Assembly: GCA_037379345.1 (NCBI GenBank)
Contig: CM074522.1
Coordinates: forward strand, 5,828,001-5,892,000
Direction of reading: 5' to 3'
DNA length: 64,000 bases
Source: Perna viridis
Lineage: Eukaryota
Shown: piece by piece, positions 13,301 to 28,300 of the stretch
How positions within the stretch are numbered: position 1 is the first letter of the stretch
Layout of the letters: each line of letters opens with the position of its first letter
Translations under genes and position numbers: made by a program
The notes under the pieces: model-generated
Seen by the model: only the letters and a program-made list of their open reading frames with translations
What the model was told of the DNA's origin: nothing
Databases searched by the model: none

Positions 13301-16300
13301 ACTATTTTTTTTCAGCTATTCCATTCATAACCTACAAGCTGAAGGGCAGTACATGTTAAATATGAACTTAAGTGTCTGTTTTGAGAAAGAAGGACCTTGT
13401 TTGGTGTCAGTACCTGTGTTTGAAAACACAAAACTTCCCAAACTTGGATGTAACTGGAATGCGGCCAACTTTGGTAAGATTAAAAAAAAACATTTTGAAA
13501 AAATTGTATGCCCATTTTAATACAGATCTACCCAGGCCTAGTGAATGATTGAAATAGATATGTAGATAGAAATGTGGGCTACATTATACCAATGTAGCTT
13601 ATTTTATTACTGCAGAACACTGTGTGGTCTTTTGGACACTTTATTTCAAGTTTCAATAGTTGACAATTATGATAATGCCAGATTGTTGCTAAATTTCAAC
13701 TTTGCCTCTGAGCATGGTTTCCTATGTGAAATTGCAGAGTAAAATTTACATGGTTCATTAAATAAATGCACTAATTTTTATTTGAATCCATTAATTTCTA
13801 AGTGGAATTGCCCTTGATCTGAATTTCAAACGCATACATTCAAGGTTCTAATTAAGTTGAATATATCAAAACTGATTTCATTGGTGTGAAAGAAGAATTT
13901 CAATTTTCAAATTCCGATTTTACTGTATATTTACTTCCCATTTTACTAATTTTCATTTTGTTTGTTGAATTTGTAAAATCAGTTCTGATGTTTTATGAAT
14001 CTTTTACTTGAAAAAAATAATCGTAATATTTTATTATCTTCCAGACTTCTCACTAGACGACTTCAAGAATCTGAATGGAGTAACTGGTAAAGTACAGGGA
14101 CTTATCAGAGACAAGTTACTTGAGGCATTAGGACTAACTCCTTACCTGAAATCTCCAGCCTGTAGCAGGGCAGCAAACCCTTTCCTGGATGACATTAATG
14201 GCTGGACCAATAGTATGCTCTATTAGATCAGAAATCATTACATTTTTTTTTATGTTGGCATATAAGTACATGTTAATGGAACAATCCTATTTCTAATTGT
14301 CATGACTAACATATTGATTGAAATGAGTATATCAGACCACAGATTTTGATTCTAAATTCAGAAGTACAGTTCACAAAAAAATAGATTTAAAAGAGGTATA
14401 AATAATGGAAGCGTAAAGTACCAAGAAAATGTAAAACAAGAAAATATAGAAATATTAACTGTTATTGTATGAAGATTTTTATTTAGTCCTAATCATAGAA
14501 CATGATTTTGTGTGTTTGCAAATTGACAGTTTTTGCCAACCCTTTATTTTTTTTATCTTTAGATTGCAGCCTATCTTTGCCTTTTGCTCTACCATCTATT
14601 AGTCCTAACATTCCAATGACATGTCACCTGATGGATACCTGTACAGGTATCACATGCTGTCTTGATGTTAACGAGCTGGACCTTTCTGTCAACTTCTACG
14701 TCAAGTTGGATGCTTGTGAATTTACATTTGAAGTTGGAATAGAAAATCTACCATGGAAGACAAGTTTGGTGAACTATGAATGGGGCAAAGAAGAATACAT
14801 AACATTACAAAATGTGATCCGTATAACGTAAGTACCATAAACACAGCATTTTACACTAAGCACTCATTATTAGTGTACTTTGTAGCAGTATTATTACATT
14901 TGATGATCCAAGCAACTTGTAATTGTTCCTTAATTTAGAACTAATATTATTTCATCACTGTCAGTTGTAGAATTGATTTTAAGATCATTTAGATCTTTAA
15001 ATCAATATTTAAGAAATACAAATATATTATTTAATATTGATGGAAATAATGCAGTTCCATTCTATTTCAGAATTTCTGTTGATGACTTGAAGGCACAGAA
15101 GATGTTTTTGGTGAATGCTAAAGTTGCACTGTGTCTAGATAAGAACAAGGCTTGTGTGTTTGAAGTGCCAATAATGAAAGATATTAAGTTACCAAAGCCC
15201 CTTTGTAACCTGGAGGCCAGTTTATCTCTACCAAGTGAGTTTCCTTTTCTTATAAAGGCCACATTGTTTCGCCTTTCATTAGGTAGGGAAAGTTTTTTTA
15301 TTGCAATGCTCTAAAAAATACCTTACCGATTTTACTGGATGTTGCTTTATCTGCTTTCTTCAACCTGATTGCGAAGCTTTAAAAGACATTATGAGAAATT
15401 ATTAATTTTTTTAAAAACTAAGGGATGAAAATAAAATTGCTGATATTTTTCTGCGTACTACATACATTTCAATCTTATGTATAGTTAAGACTGAATGGGT
15501 AAATACATATATGATTCATTATAATATTATTGGGAAAAAATCTGATATGCTGAGGAAGACTAAATAATCTTTCACTTTGAGCAGTTTGTTATCATATTTC
15601 TATAGTCAAAATAATTATTACTTCAAATCTGTACTGCCAAAACTTACTAATGTGGTAATAAACTTCTTGTACAGAACAGTTCTTTTTCTCCTGAATATAC
15701 CAATATACCAATGCAAATTGATTGGTCTTTTTCACGAATACCCATTTTTCATGTGAACTTTATGCATGAAATCCTCTATATTTCAAGACTTTCTCTATTA
15801 TTCATTTAAATTGCAATAAATTTAGACCAATCAGTGTACAAGAGAAAATAATTTGCATTTGATTGAACAAAAATTTATATAAATCATAACGAATAGGGAA
15901 AGAAATAGAGAAACTACTATTCCAAAATGATGGTCATTGTACTCTCTTTGTAGACATATCTGCCACAGATTTCCTGAAGGAACAGGCAGGTAATGCTCTG
16001 GATGTGATGCCAGAATATGTGGCTACCCTGTTCCTGGAACAGATAGGAGCAACCCAGTACCTAGAGAGCCCTCAGTGTAGCAGGAGTAGTGCTCCATATG
16101 TTCCATCTGTAGATGGCTGGAACAAAGGTATAACATTGTATATATATGTCATAGAAAACTGAAATTTCATTTAGGGGTTGGATTCTCTCCCTTGAGGCAC
16201 TTGAAACGTATAATCAGACCACTTTTCCTACCTATTTCATCAAATTCAGTTGAAAATTTTTCAGGTAAACATTTTCTCCATTGTTGATAATAAGATTAAA

Positions 16301-19300
16301 GGTAGAGATATTCCATACTTTGGTATGTGGTGTGCATATTTTATATGTTGAATGTTTTTATATTTCTAAAAGCTGATACTTAAAGCATTTTTTCTAATTT
16401 CAAATTTCAGGAATAAAAGTCGGATAAAATAATTATTTCAGATTAACATGCTTATGTAGTTTTGACTTGTTTTGAAACATAATCTCATTTACCAGTCTGT
16501 ACTTTTGCTTTGGAGTGATTATTAGAGAATTGTCTTTATAAAGAAGGGTGGTACATGATATGCTAATGAATAGGATAAGATTTTGACAAAAAAACATCTT
16601 TTGAAGAAATGTCTTCAAACATTTCTTTTTCACAAAATTTCAGGCATGATTTTTTTTTGTTTTAAAATAGAATTTCTGTTTTTTTTTTTAAATTCCAAAT
16701 TTTACAGTTATGGCTGTTGTTTTTATAGTCCAGTATATTGAACACTTTCGTCTCTTGATTTCCTTTTTTTTTTTCATCTGAATAAAACCATGCCGGAAAT
16801 TTGTAGCAGGTGAAAACATTTGAAGAATAGAGCCAACATAGATTACAACATTAGCACATGTTCTTCATGGTCCATGTCAAAGCAGGGTCTGTTTGATTAA
16901 TTTATTGTTCAGGTGTCAATTTCACAAAAAGTCGTATATGTATAGTTGATCGTAAGTAATGATGTCACAACCAATAATAGCTTTGTGACGTCATAACTAA
17001 CGATCAATTTCACACTTACAACTTTCTGTGAAATGTACACCTGGTCGAGAAACGCATAATTTACCTGCCATTTGACACTAAACTTTAATCAGTCAATCAA
17101 TCTTCCTTAAAAAAAGTGAAGATATAGATAGTTCAATTTATGAAAACACTGTAAGAATTCTGATTAATGACATTCCAATTTCAGAATGTCCAGTCAAGTT
17201 CAGCCTACCAGCCATACCATCAGATAAAACCATTAGCTGCCACGTTCCAGATTTCTGTACAGGAGTAGAATGTTGTGTAGAAATACCATTCATTAAGAGG
17301 TCTTTCCATTTCTACATACTGGTTGATGGCTGTCGGAACAGGATTAGAGCAGGAATAGAGAAATATGGCATTGATGAAGCTTACTTCTCATTTGACAATG
17401 GTAAGAACTACCTCTTAAGAAATTGGAGAGGTAGAGGGTCAGGGGTTGGAAAGGCAAGACCATTGGCCCTTTGCCCCTTTGACAGAAAATGGCCCTTTCA
17501 TTAAAAAAAAAATTGATATGATTTATTAACAAATAGCCCTTCATTTTTTTGAAAATGACCCCTTCTCAAAATTTCCTTCCCAACAATTTGAAGGTTGGTG
17601 CTTCATTTAAATACATTTCTATGTGAAATCTTGTGTATTGTATTGTATGAAAACTGTATATTGTTTTCTGAAAAGTTGTGATGAAAGAAATTTACGGAAT
17701 AGCCCTAATTAACCTTTACACATACCTTATAACTCTGCAAACAAAGTTTAGGGGTTGTAGGTGGGGTATATGGGTTTTGATCTTTAATTTGGACATAACA
17801 TTGTCCACAACATCTGAGATAGAACTGGCTGTATTTTCATAAAACTAAATGAAGGATAGGATGACTTTTTTTTAAATGTTCATACATGTATTACTTTCTT
17901 TTAGGACGATTTTAGTTTTGAACAGGAAGAATATTAGCAGTGCATTTGGATTTGATTGTTTTAGGGCAACTTTGGAGTGATTAATTTGATCATTTTCTTT
18001 TTAAAGCTTTACAATATTTGACCAAGATGTACACTAGATTATTTATTGAATAATTGTATTTATGTATTTTGCTTTTAAGGTGTACAGCAGGCAGTTAAAC
18101 TAACTGAAGTATTCCACCTTGTGTGAGTAATGCATTTACATGGTATTCTTTATTTTAACTTTGCATTTATTGGTTAAAAACATGATCTTTCATTTGTAAA
18201 AAAAAAGGATTAGTTAAAATAATTTAAAAAAAAAGGCATATTTTTTCTATTTAATTTGAAATTGTTTTCCTGTGTATTAGTTTTGTTTTGACCTTTTGAC
18301 CTTATTAAATATTGCAGTCTCTTGTTCATGTTTAGGATAAGAATTTTTCCTCACTTATTTTGCCTTCTAATGAGAATAATTGTTAAGCTTTCTTATTTCA
18401 GTTTCACTGTCGATGATTTCCCAGATGAGAAAAAGATCTTGCTTAACATGGACCTTAAGATATGTCTGGATGAAGGGAAACCATGTGACCCAGAACTTAC
18501 GATTGTCAAGGATCTTTATCTCCCCAAAGTTGGGTGTGATTGGACAATAAGCCTCCAGAATTTTAGTGCCTCTGACTTTTTGGCAGAACAAGGACTTTCC
18601 TTACAGAATCAGCTGACGGACATTGTTGTTGAACAGGTATTGGAACGACTTGGTATAGCTGAATACCAACAAGACCCACAGTGTGATATCAGTGCTGCTA
18701 TGTACCAGTCACAGTCGGGGGATATAACTGGCTGGAGGAATGGTGAGTTTATGTTGTTATGAAAGTGTTCAATTATTTTCTCTAGACGAGGTCTATGATT
18801 TTAATTAAAATAAGATTATGCAGCCAAATTTTACTGCTATTTGTGTGATGCCTAATGCAATGTTAAAACTGAAGCATTTTTTACACTCTCAGATAAAAAA
18901 AAGTTTGTTGATACAAATTTCTTTTAAAATTTATGGCTAAGTCCTTTTATGACTGTAAGTCTGCCTTCCTGTAAGCAGAACTGCAAACACACAACTTATA
19001 TCCCTTTCTTTCAATACATGCAAACCTTTTCAATTTTTTATCATCTCTAGATTAAAGTTTGTTTTACTTATTTTTTCCCAGAATGCCAACACCCCATTGG
19101 CAATATGACAGTATTAACTCCCTTGTCCATTAATTACATCCTTACAAATTACATCCTTTCCATTTTTTTCATTTTCAGAATGCCCACACCCCATTGGTAA
19201 TCTGACAGAGTTAGCTCTCTTGTCTATGAATTATTTCCTTACAATTTGCATCTTTTTTTTTCTTTTTCAGAATGCCCACACCCCATTGGTAATCTGACAG

Positions 19301-22300
19301 AGTTAACTCCCTTGTCCATAGCTACACCAAAGTGTAATATTGCTTCCCACTGTACATCTATAGACTGTTGCTTGTACATACCAGTACTCAGAACATCTTT
19401 CCATTCGTACTTTGACCTTAACATGTGTGAAAGGTCATTTAAGATTGGAATCGAGAAACTTGTGATTGACCTTGACTTCTTGACTTATGCATGGGGTAAG
19501 TTGATTGGTGTAATATTTTTTTTTTCAATTTTTTTATATGTATGCATTTTGTCAGTTATATTATTGTATAATGTTATTGGTCCATCTATGTTTGTCCTTC
19601 ATCACATTTTTTTTGCTCCTGTGATAATGATTTTATGATAAAACATATATAGCTCCCTTTTGATTACTGAAAATGATACTTGCTGTGTTTATCAGTTTTT
19701 GTTGATAAATTATATTTTTCTATTTATTGGAAGATTACAAAGAGTGATCTGTATATGATTTATCCATTAACAGAAACAATTTATATTACAGATTGTATGA
19801 TTGAATTGTAATAAATTCAAATATTCTAGTTATGTCATGTGTAGAACTATCAAGTACAACATTGTCAACTATATGTCCTAGAATTATATATGTATGTGAT
19901 GTTTTTTTTTAGGTCAAAGAGATACAAGAGATTTACTTGATGCATACATATTTGAGTAAGTTTTTACATCTAGTCACTACTTTTTATTTCAAGTTCTTGA
20001 AGATGATAATGGATAATTGATAATGAAAAATTTACATAGGAGGGGTCTGACCTATTTCATATTAAAATGAGACATTTGAAAAAAATACCAGGTTTTTTTA
20101 CCTTCCATATTTTCACCAGATGGATCTTTTTATTTTACATCAGAGCTGTTCCAAGACAAAGGTGGATCCAAGGGTGCTCCGTGGGCAATGTTCCTAAAGT
20201 CTGGTTGATTATAAAGTAAGAATTGAAAATCACTGGAGTGGTTCAAACTTAGGGCGGTTGGCTGGTCACCTTTTCTATTTTCTGGATATGCCTCTGCTAG
20301 ACCTTTAAATCAGAGAAGGTTAACCCTGGAAAAGATTTTAAATCTCATCATGAGATAAATCTATATGTAGATGAGTTAAATAGAATATGACTCTTGAATC
20401 ATCTTTCATAAAAAAAAAACCAATTTGTTTTAGTTTCATCATTGATTACAACATGGCAGATGAGTTCTTCAGAGTAGACTTGAACATGAGTATGTACTTG
20501 GACAGAAGTCAACAGTATGTGACCTTTGAACTTTATAAGGACCAGATTCTACCCATACCAGCTTGTAATTATGACACAACCTATGGAATCCCAGGTAAAT
20601 TTAAATTTTATTCTCCCCTGCAGCTGAATGGAAAGGGACATAAAATACCTGTGTCTGTGTCTGTCTGACAAAATTGACTACGTGGATGCAACTCCTTAGC
20701 AACTGCCCAACAAATTTTGTTCAAATTTTGAAGGATTGTTAGTCACCATATGTTGTTGATCATATTTGTTTTACACTCACTTTTAAAAAATTTCAGTATT
20801 TTTTTGTTGTTGCCGATATTGTATTGTCAAATTTGACAGGAGTTTTGGGACTTTTTCACTTCATGTTTTTTTGCGGCAACCAAAGGGACATGTGGTTAAG
20901 CATAGCAATCTTGTTTTAATTTATTACTTAGATTTTTTGATAGACATCATGATAACTCATGAACACTTGGAAGGATTTGAAAATTTTTTCAGTTCAACAT
21001 TTGTCGTGATGTAAGAAACTTCATTGTTTTCTAATGTTTTGTTTATGATTTATGCCAAAAAAAGGAGTATGTACATGTATGTATCTTGTGTTTTGATCTA
21101 GTTGTTTATATGAAATCTTCATAATATGACTGATTTAGGAAAAATCACTGTATTTTCTATTTTAATGCTTACATAAGTTTTGATCAGAGCCTCAGTTTAG
21201 GGTAAATAATTGGTCTAGTTGTCAGTTACAAAACACTGTTGCAGATTACATTTTTTAATAAGAACAGTATTTTTTACATTACATGTAAACAACACTACAG
21301 GATTCATGGAACACATATTTTATTTGTATTATCTATCTAATTTAGGATGTTTAGTGGTTTTTATTTGTGGGTTTATATTGATATACATTGAATAGAATTA
21401 CTCTACCTTACAATCTTATGCAGGATTTTATTTGCCTAACTGGTATACATACCACAGCCTCCCACCAAACTCACTACTGACTGCACCCATGGCTTCTAAG
21501 CTGCTGCAGTTCCTTAAGATAGGTGAAATGATGGCTTCTAATCAATGCCAGCAGTCAGGAGAGAAGTACAGCCCAGCTGTCAATAGATGGAAGACAGGTA
21601 AGCTTACAAAAAAAATTAATGGCATAAAAAATGAAAAGAATTAAGTACTTATTGGTTGTAATGTAGTAAAAGTGTTTTTGTTTGAAATTCCATTCTTAAG
21701 AATGCTATAAAATCTATCAATAATTTTTTTCTGTTATTAAAATTAAATAATATTTGTAATATTCTGTTTGGAAGTTACCCAGTTTCTTTCTACCTTCAGT
21801 GTGTCCACTTGATGTTCCCATGGCAACACTAGACTCATCAACAGTGGGTTCAATTGCTGATGTGTGCTCCAACATTGATTTCTGTAGTGAAGTAGATTTC
21901 CTCGGCAGACCATTCCATACCTACCTGCATTTAGATCCCTGTGCAGGGAATGGAACTATTGGTATTGAGAGATTCAACTTGGCACTAGATTTAAAAGATC
22001 CTGCTACTTTTGGTATGATTCTTAAAGAATTGTGAGGTTCCTACCATAGATTGTAATCTCTATGTTATATTTTAAATGCAATCCACTTTAAAATACCTGT
22101 ATATGGAGGTTATTATAGAGAACCCTGTATGTCTTTTGGTTTTAGCTTTGAATGCATCTCCTCCTTTGCAATTTTCAATAGATCTTAAAAAATGTAGTTG
22201 AGCTAGTATCAAATACACATGTAATACTGGAAGGGTGTCAATTGTCTGAATGTGCTTTTAATTTTCAGAATATGAGAATCCCAAGAAGTATTTTTGATAA

Positions 22301-25300
22301 CATTATTTCAAAGGAAAAAATATTGCTGAACATTATCTGCACATGTATGCTGACATGTATATGACAAAAGTAATACAACATGCCAAAGTAATCAGTACTT
22401 TTTTACTGTTTATAGGTGTGGAGAAGAAATTCAACTTAAAAGGAGTTGTCAGACTGACGTAAGTAGCTTTAACTAAGATAATTCTAAAAACATAACTTTC
22501 TAAACCACTGCATGTTTTTTTTCTGAACTTGTTAGTGCTATTTTTTTTATTATTGTCCTCACTTCTAATATAGAAATATTAAATCCATTGTGTTTGCTTT
22601 TGAGTAGGACTTTGAATTTTGAATTGTGGAAAGTAGATTAGTTATCAATAATATTCAACATAGCATAAACTTGTTTGTTATACACATTTGTAATCCACTG
22701 ATTTTACTCATTTTCAAGCTTTTGCAAAATATTAAGATCTCTGTATAAAACTTTCAGATACAAAATAGAAGAATTTGCTGTCAAGCGTCAGTATAGAGTC
22801 AACATGAAAGTTCAGATCTGTTTCAACAGTACAACAGAGTGTCAGATAGAAACAAATGTTTTCACCAATGCAATGATCCCATGGAGACAATGTTCATGGG
22901 ATCTTCCATACTCAACAGCAGGTAAGTAAGGTTAGCTCTGTTACCATGATGACACTGATGTTGGGGTCTTTCATTTTCATTCACAGGTAAGTCAGGTTGA
23001 ATCTATTTCATATTTTAATATATTTGAAATTGATTAGAAATTTAAATGTATAAATGACTAAAATGAAATGAATCCCTGGGAGGACCAAAAAAGTATAAAT
23101 CACAGCCCTTTTCACAGATAAAGACTTGTTACTTCTCAATCATTGCTGTGCACTTCACTTATTACAATTTTGATTTTATCTCAGTGGAAAATTTTGAATA
23201 ACGGCTGGCATAGATATTTATCCATTTTTTTTTTCAGGCTTTTCTCTGGCCAGCCATTTGACATCTATAGGGAAGACATCAGGACAAGTGTTTACAGCCC
23301 AGGAGAAGACAGATTTGTACAACCTACTGGGTATCAACTCATACATGATGGGATCACAGTGTACTTTGGCTGATTATTCTCCTATTAATGTACAGAGATG
23401 GCAAAAAGGTAAAACAAAGTTTGGGTTGATGTAAACATATTAGTATCAGAGGTGACATCAAGTGATCATATTTCTTGTTTCCTTATTATGTGTTTCATAT
23501 TTCCACCACTTCCTCTCATCCAATGCAAGCAGTTAATACCCCTTTACTAAAAATTTGTGATTATCCTCAGATTGTCTTGTTGATATTAGCCTCCAGACCA
23601 TCACTTCCAACAAGGGAGTTGATTCTTTATGCTAAACATTTTTTATTGACTTCAGATTGTGTTGCTGATGTTACCCTCCAGACCCTCCCATCAAATGCTG
23701 CTTGTAATCTACACAGCACTTGTACACACATGGATTGTTGTATGTATAATGACTGGCTCCAGCAGGGATTCCACACAAACCTTAAACTCGACCCCTGTGA
23801 ACACAAACTGACCTTTGGCATTGAAAGGCTCCAGGAGACTGTAGACCTCAATGGATATGCTTTTGGTGAGATGTTAATTTTTTTAGGCTGTTGATGAAAA
23901 TTCGTGTGGGATTTTTGTTCATTGTATTAAGGCTGACTGGCCAAAAACATGCAGGTGATAAATTTGGTAATGTTCAAGGGGAAGAATGGCAAATATAATA
24001 AAATCATGCATACTTTAATACTCATTTTGTAGATGTAAATGTATATTTTTTGCAAGGCAGTCAAGATGAGTTTGTCTATTAAAGTTTTTCTGCCCTGTTA
24101 TAAAATTACAGTGACCTCTACATAGTTACTCAGTATGATTAGTAGGTTTTAAAGATATATAAAATTATTTATATTTGATTTTTTGGAGGTCCAAGATACA
24201 TTGGAGGATGCTATACTTTTAATATGCTGTTGATATCAATTTAGTTAAGTTTGTGTTATTTTGCAGGTGTTGAGGAAACCAAAACGATGATGAATGTGGT
24301 CAGAATGACGTAAGTAGCTGTTTCACTTGAATTTTTTTCAGTCCCTTAATAATATAATTTAAGTAATCTGCTATAGAACATAAAACTACAATTAATCAAT
24401 CTAAATAGGTTCTCTTAATCTTATCAAAACATCTTTTTACCTCTGTAGATACACCATAACAAACCATCAGGCCACAGGAAAATATGAACTAGACATGACA
24501 ATAAAGATCTGTTTTGAGGATACAGGAGCCTGTGAATTTGAGATGACTGTATTTAGTAGTACTGTGCTACCTAAACAATATTGTTTCACTGGGTCGGCAT
24601 TTTATGACAGAGGTGAGCTAGTACAGCAATTTGTTTTCAACTTATGATGGTTTAGAAATGAAATACTTACTTGTTGTCGAGAATTTTTCATTTATTGAAT
24701 TTTTGACGTGGATCTATTAGAATTCAGCTACATTTAGGCAAACAAGGGCTAAAATAAAAGGAAAAAAAAATGTGGCATAATCAATGTTAACAAGGTATAA
24801 TTACACCCCCATTCAACAAGAGGAATCACCATCCATCCAAATTTCCTCACAGTTATCTTGGTTCCCAATAAATGGATTGATTTCAAGTTTGATATGTGGC
24901 TTCATATAGACGGGGCATTCATTGTTAGCAGATTTGGTTGCTGTCAGATATTTACTTCCCGTGGGGGTTTCTAGCATGACAAATTATATAACTTCATGTT
25001 CATTCATTGTTAGCAGATTTGGTTGCTGTCAGATATCCCATGATTGGGGGTTTCTAGCATGACAAATTATGTAACTTCATGTTCATTTTGTAGCTTTCTC
25101 CTTGAACAACTTCTTGGCTGATGAGGGAGTGACCAAAGTAGACCCTCTGCCTGCAGCTACAGCCACCAAACTAATGACAGACACTGGCATTACTGCCTAT
25201 CTACTGACCACTGAGTGCCAACACTCTACTGCTCCATTTGCTACTAGCAATAACAGACTCAATGATGGTAAGATGTTAATTCTGTAGTAGATTTTAGTTG

Positions 25301-28300
25301 AGTGACTCTTGGTAGTGTTTTGCTTGGTCTGTTTATACCTTGTAAGTCTTTTCTTGTGCAATATTTTAAAAATGAGTTCTTGAAATTTAATGTTTGAATA
25401 AGTTGTATATGGTAGAGAAAAATAAAATTCAACCATATTTCAACCTTTTTCATAGTAACATGCTTGAAATTGAAATATGAAAAGTTTTAATAAAATTTAT
25501 AGATTTATTTTTCAATGATAACTTAAATAGGAAAAAAAATCACCTTGAGTGCATTAACGTACCATGGAATGTATTATGTACAGGTTGTATACATACTCAA
25601 ATGTTTTTGCAGAATGTGGTAACATAGAGGGGACTATATCCCTGCCAACAGAGGTCTCTGCTAACATCAAATCAGACTGCACCACTGTCATGTTCTGTGC
25701 CAACATGGGATACATCAGTAGGAACATACAGGGAACCATCAAATTGGATCCCTGTTCATATGAGATTACTGTGGGTCTTGAAAGTATGGAGGCAACTGAG
25801 TCACTCTTAGTTTTCAACTGGGGCAAGTCTCAATCATTTGCCCTGCAGGGAGGCATCAGGATGGAGTAAGTTATTATTTTCATTTATTTATTTAGTGATC
25901 AAAGTAGATCTATATGTTTTCACATGTTATAAATGTTACAAAAATTTGCATTATTAGAAATTTAAAAGTGAAAATTTCTTTTTCGGATGCTTGATTATTT
26001 AATATCAGTTGTATAGAAAAACAAAGCACAATTTTGTATCTATGAAGTTTTCACTTCCATCATTTCTTTAGCATGAGGCACTTTGTGTGCTCTCCGTGGA
26101 TCCGGAAACAGCAAAAAATGCCGGTTATTGACGGACAAATTCTGCAAATGACCGACGACCATTTCCCAATATCAGACATAAAAAAATTGTCAACCCTTAT
26201 AAATTACAGTCTGCGTGGTTTTATTAGTGTATAAACATCCTGTCTACCAGTCTTATAATTGTTTATTGGAAATGAATTGACTGGTGTGTGTCAATTTTAG
26301 CCGATGTGCAGCCACCTGTGACTGCAATTTACCTGTATCTGATTAGTTGATTGCATAATTGAATTAACGGTACACATGCAGCCCCATTGCGTATACAAGT
26401 CATTTGAAGAAACTCGGAGAATTTTCATACATTTATTAGTTGGTAATTAAGAAAAATGTCCACCATTTTCCCGCTGACCTTTCAGAGGTAACGAAAGCAC
26501 ATGGAACTGAAACTATGAATCAGTCGTAGTTTGTAATTATTAATTCATCAATTGTATCTTTTTAACACAGAAGTCAACAGACCGTTTTAAATGCTTTAAA
26601 TAAATATACAAAATGTGTTAGCGATTTTTTTAAATAATCAACATTTTTTTCATCACTTGGAAGTTTTCGGCTGTTTGCCTATGTGATGAAAAAATCTGAG
26701 AGATACAATGTTTTGTTTACATGTTAGACCGTCCATGTGTGGTCGAAACCAGACTAGTCCACTCGCTTTAATATTTTGTAAAAGACAGAGTATGTGCTGA
26801 AATAACACAGTTCCCAATTTTACCTTAAATAACTACATAAAAAAGTTTATTTTCGGTCTGAGCATGTAAAAGACTGACACAAACGTCTGCTGAAGTTTGA
26901 TAAAATGTCCAGCATGGGCAGTCAAAATTTCCAGACCCTTGGTGCTTTCATATTTTAACAAAAAAGAGAACTTAAAAATAGAAATAGCCGGAGTTCTACT
27001 GTCCAATATTTTGCCACTAAACGATGAAGAATAAATCTGTGATATAGATAATGATTAATTAGTAAAGCAACTAATGATATTGGTTGTGATCTGTCAAACT
27101 TATATGTCATATCTTTTCTACTTTAGTTACACAGTCCATGATTTAACAAAGGACGGAATGTATCTGATATCTATTGACATTGGCCTCTGTATGGAAACAT
27201 CTGACAAAACCAACTGTGATGCCAAGTACACTGTATTAAAAAATGTCCAACTACCAAAGAAATCATGTAATTGGAACATGGGATTTGACTTCTCTGGACA
27301 TCCTAGTATGTATTTGTCTTAGAAAATCTATGATGTCACCAGTTTTTGCAGGAGAATATATTTTAACAATGAAAAGAATCATCATAATGTCATGTTCAAC
27401 CAATGAGATTTTATTGACAGTTTGTCACAATCCAGCAACAGCTTATCTAAATGTTGATTTTTTCATTTCACAAGTTCATATCACATTGTCCCTTTATTAA
27501 TGTAGCAAAAGATTTAGTCATTCAAGAATTAGATAAAAAAAAACCAAATCATAGAGATATTGAAATACCTACTTAAAAAACTGAAATTGTTGAAGAAGGG
27601 AGATTTTTTTATTTTGGTTATCTCATGTTCCTTATCTGATTGAAATGAAAATATCACTCCATTATTTCATTGCAGTTCAAAAATGTTCAAGGCATATTTA
27701 GATTTTCATAAATTTGAATTTCCACCAGGAAGGAAGATGGATGTGAGAGCTATGCAAGACATACATTTTTGTGTAAAATAAATGTTATCATACTCTGTTT
27801 CTTCTTACAGCATTTGACTTGACAACCTATCTGACTACCAACAGTTACACAGACAGTACCCCACTCTCCCCATTGGTCATTCAAGAGGTTGTGAGGTACC
27901 TTCAGCTTGAGGACTACCTCCTGGAGAGTCATTGTGATAACTCTGCTTCACCATACACGCCCATCAATGCACAGGGATGGAATGTTAGCACAGGTAGATT
28001 TTCTCATTTTCTCTTTATTGTTTCATGTTTCTCATAATTAATTTTTAACTGTATCAAATTTGTGTCATGTGTTGAAGTATTAGAGGTTTTAGCTTGAATT
28101 TTTTTTCTTCATTTGTGAGAAATTGAAATAAAGAAGACACTAAGGGGAACTACTAATGGCTAATAGAAAAAATAAGGAATTAAGAAAAGCCAACCTAAGC
28201 ATTTTGTTTTTTTCCTATTTTTCAGTTTGTCAAAATGCCCCAACCTTGAACACCATAACAGGAGGAGGCATTGCCTGTCACCTTGGCGACAGCTGTACCA

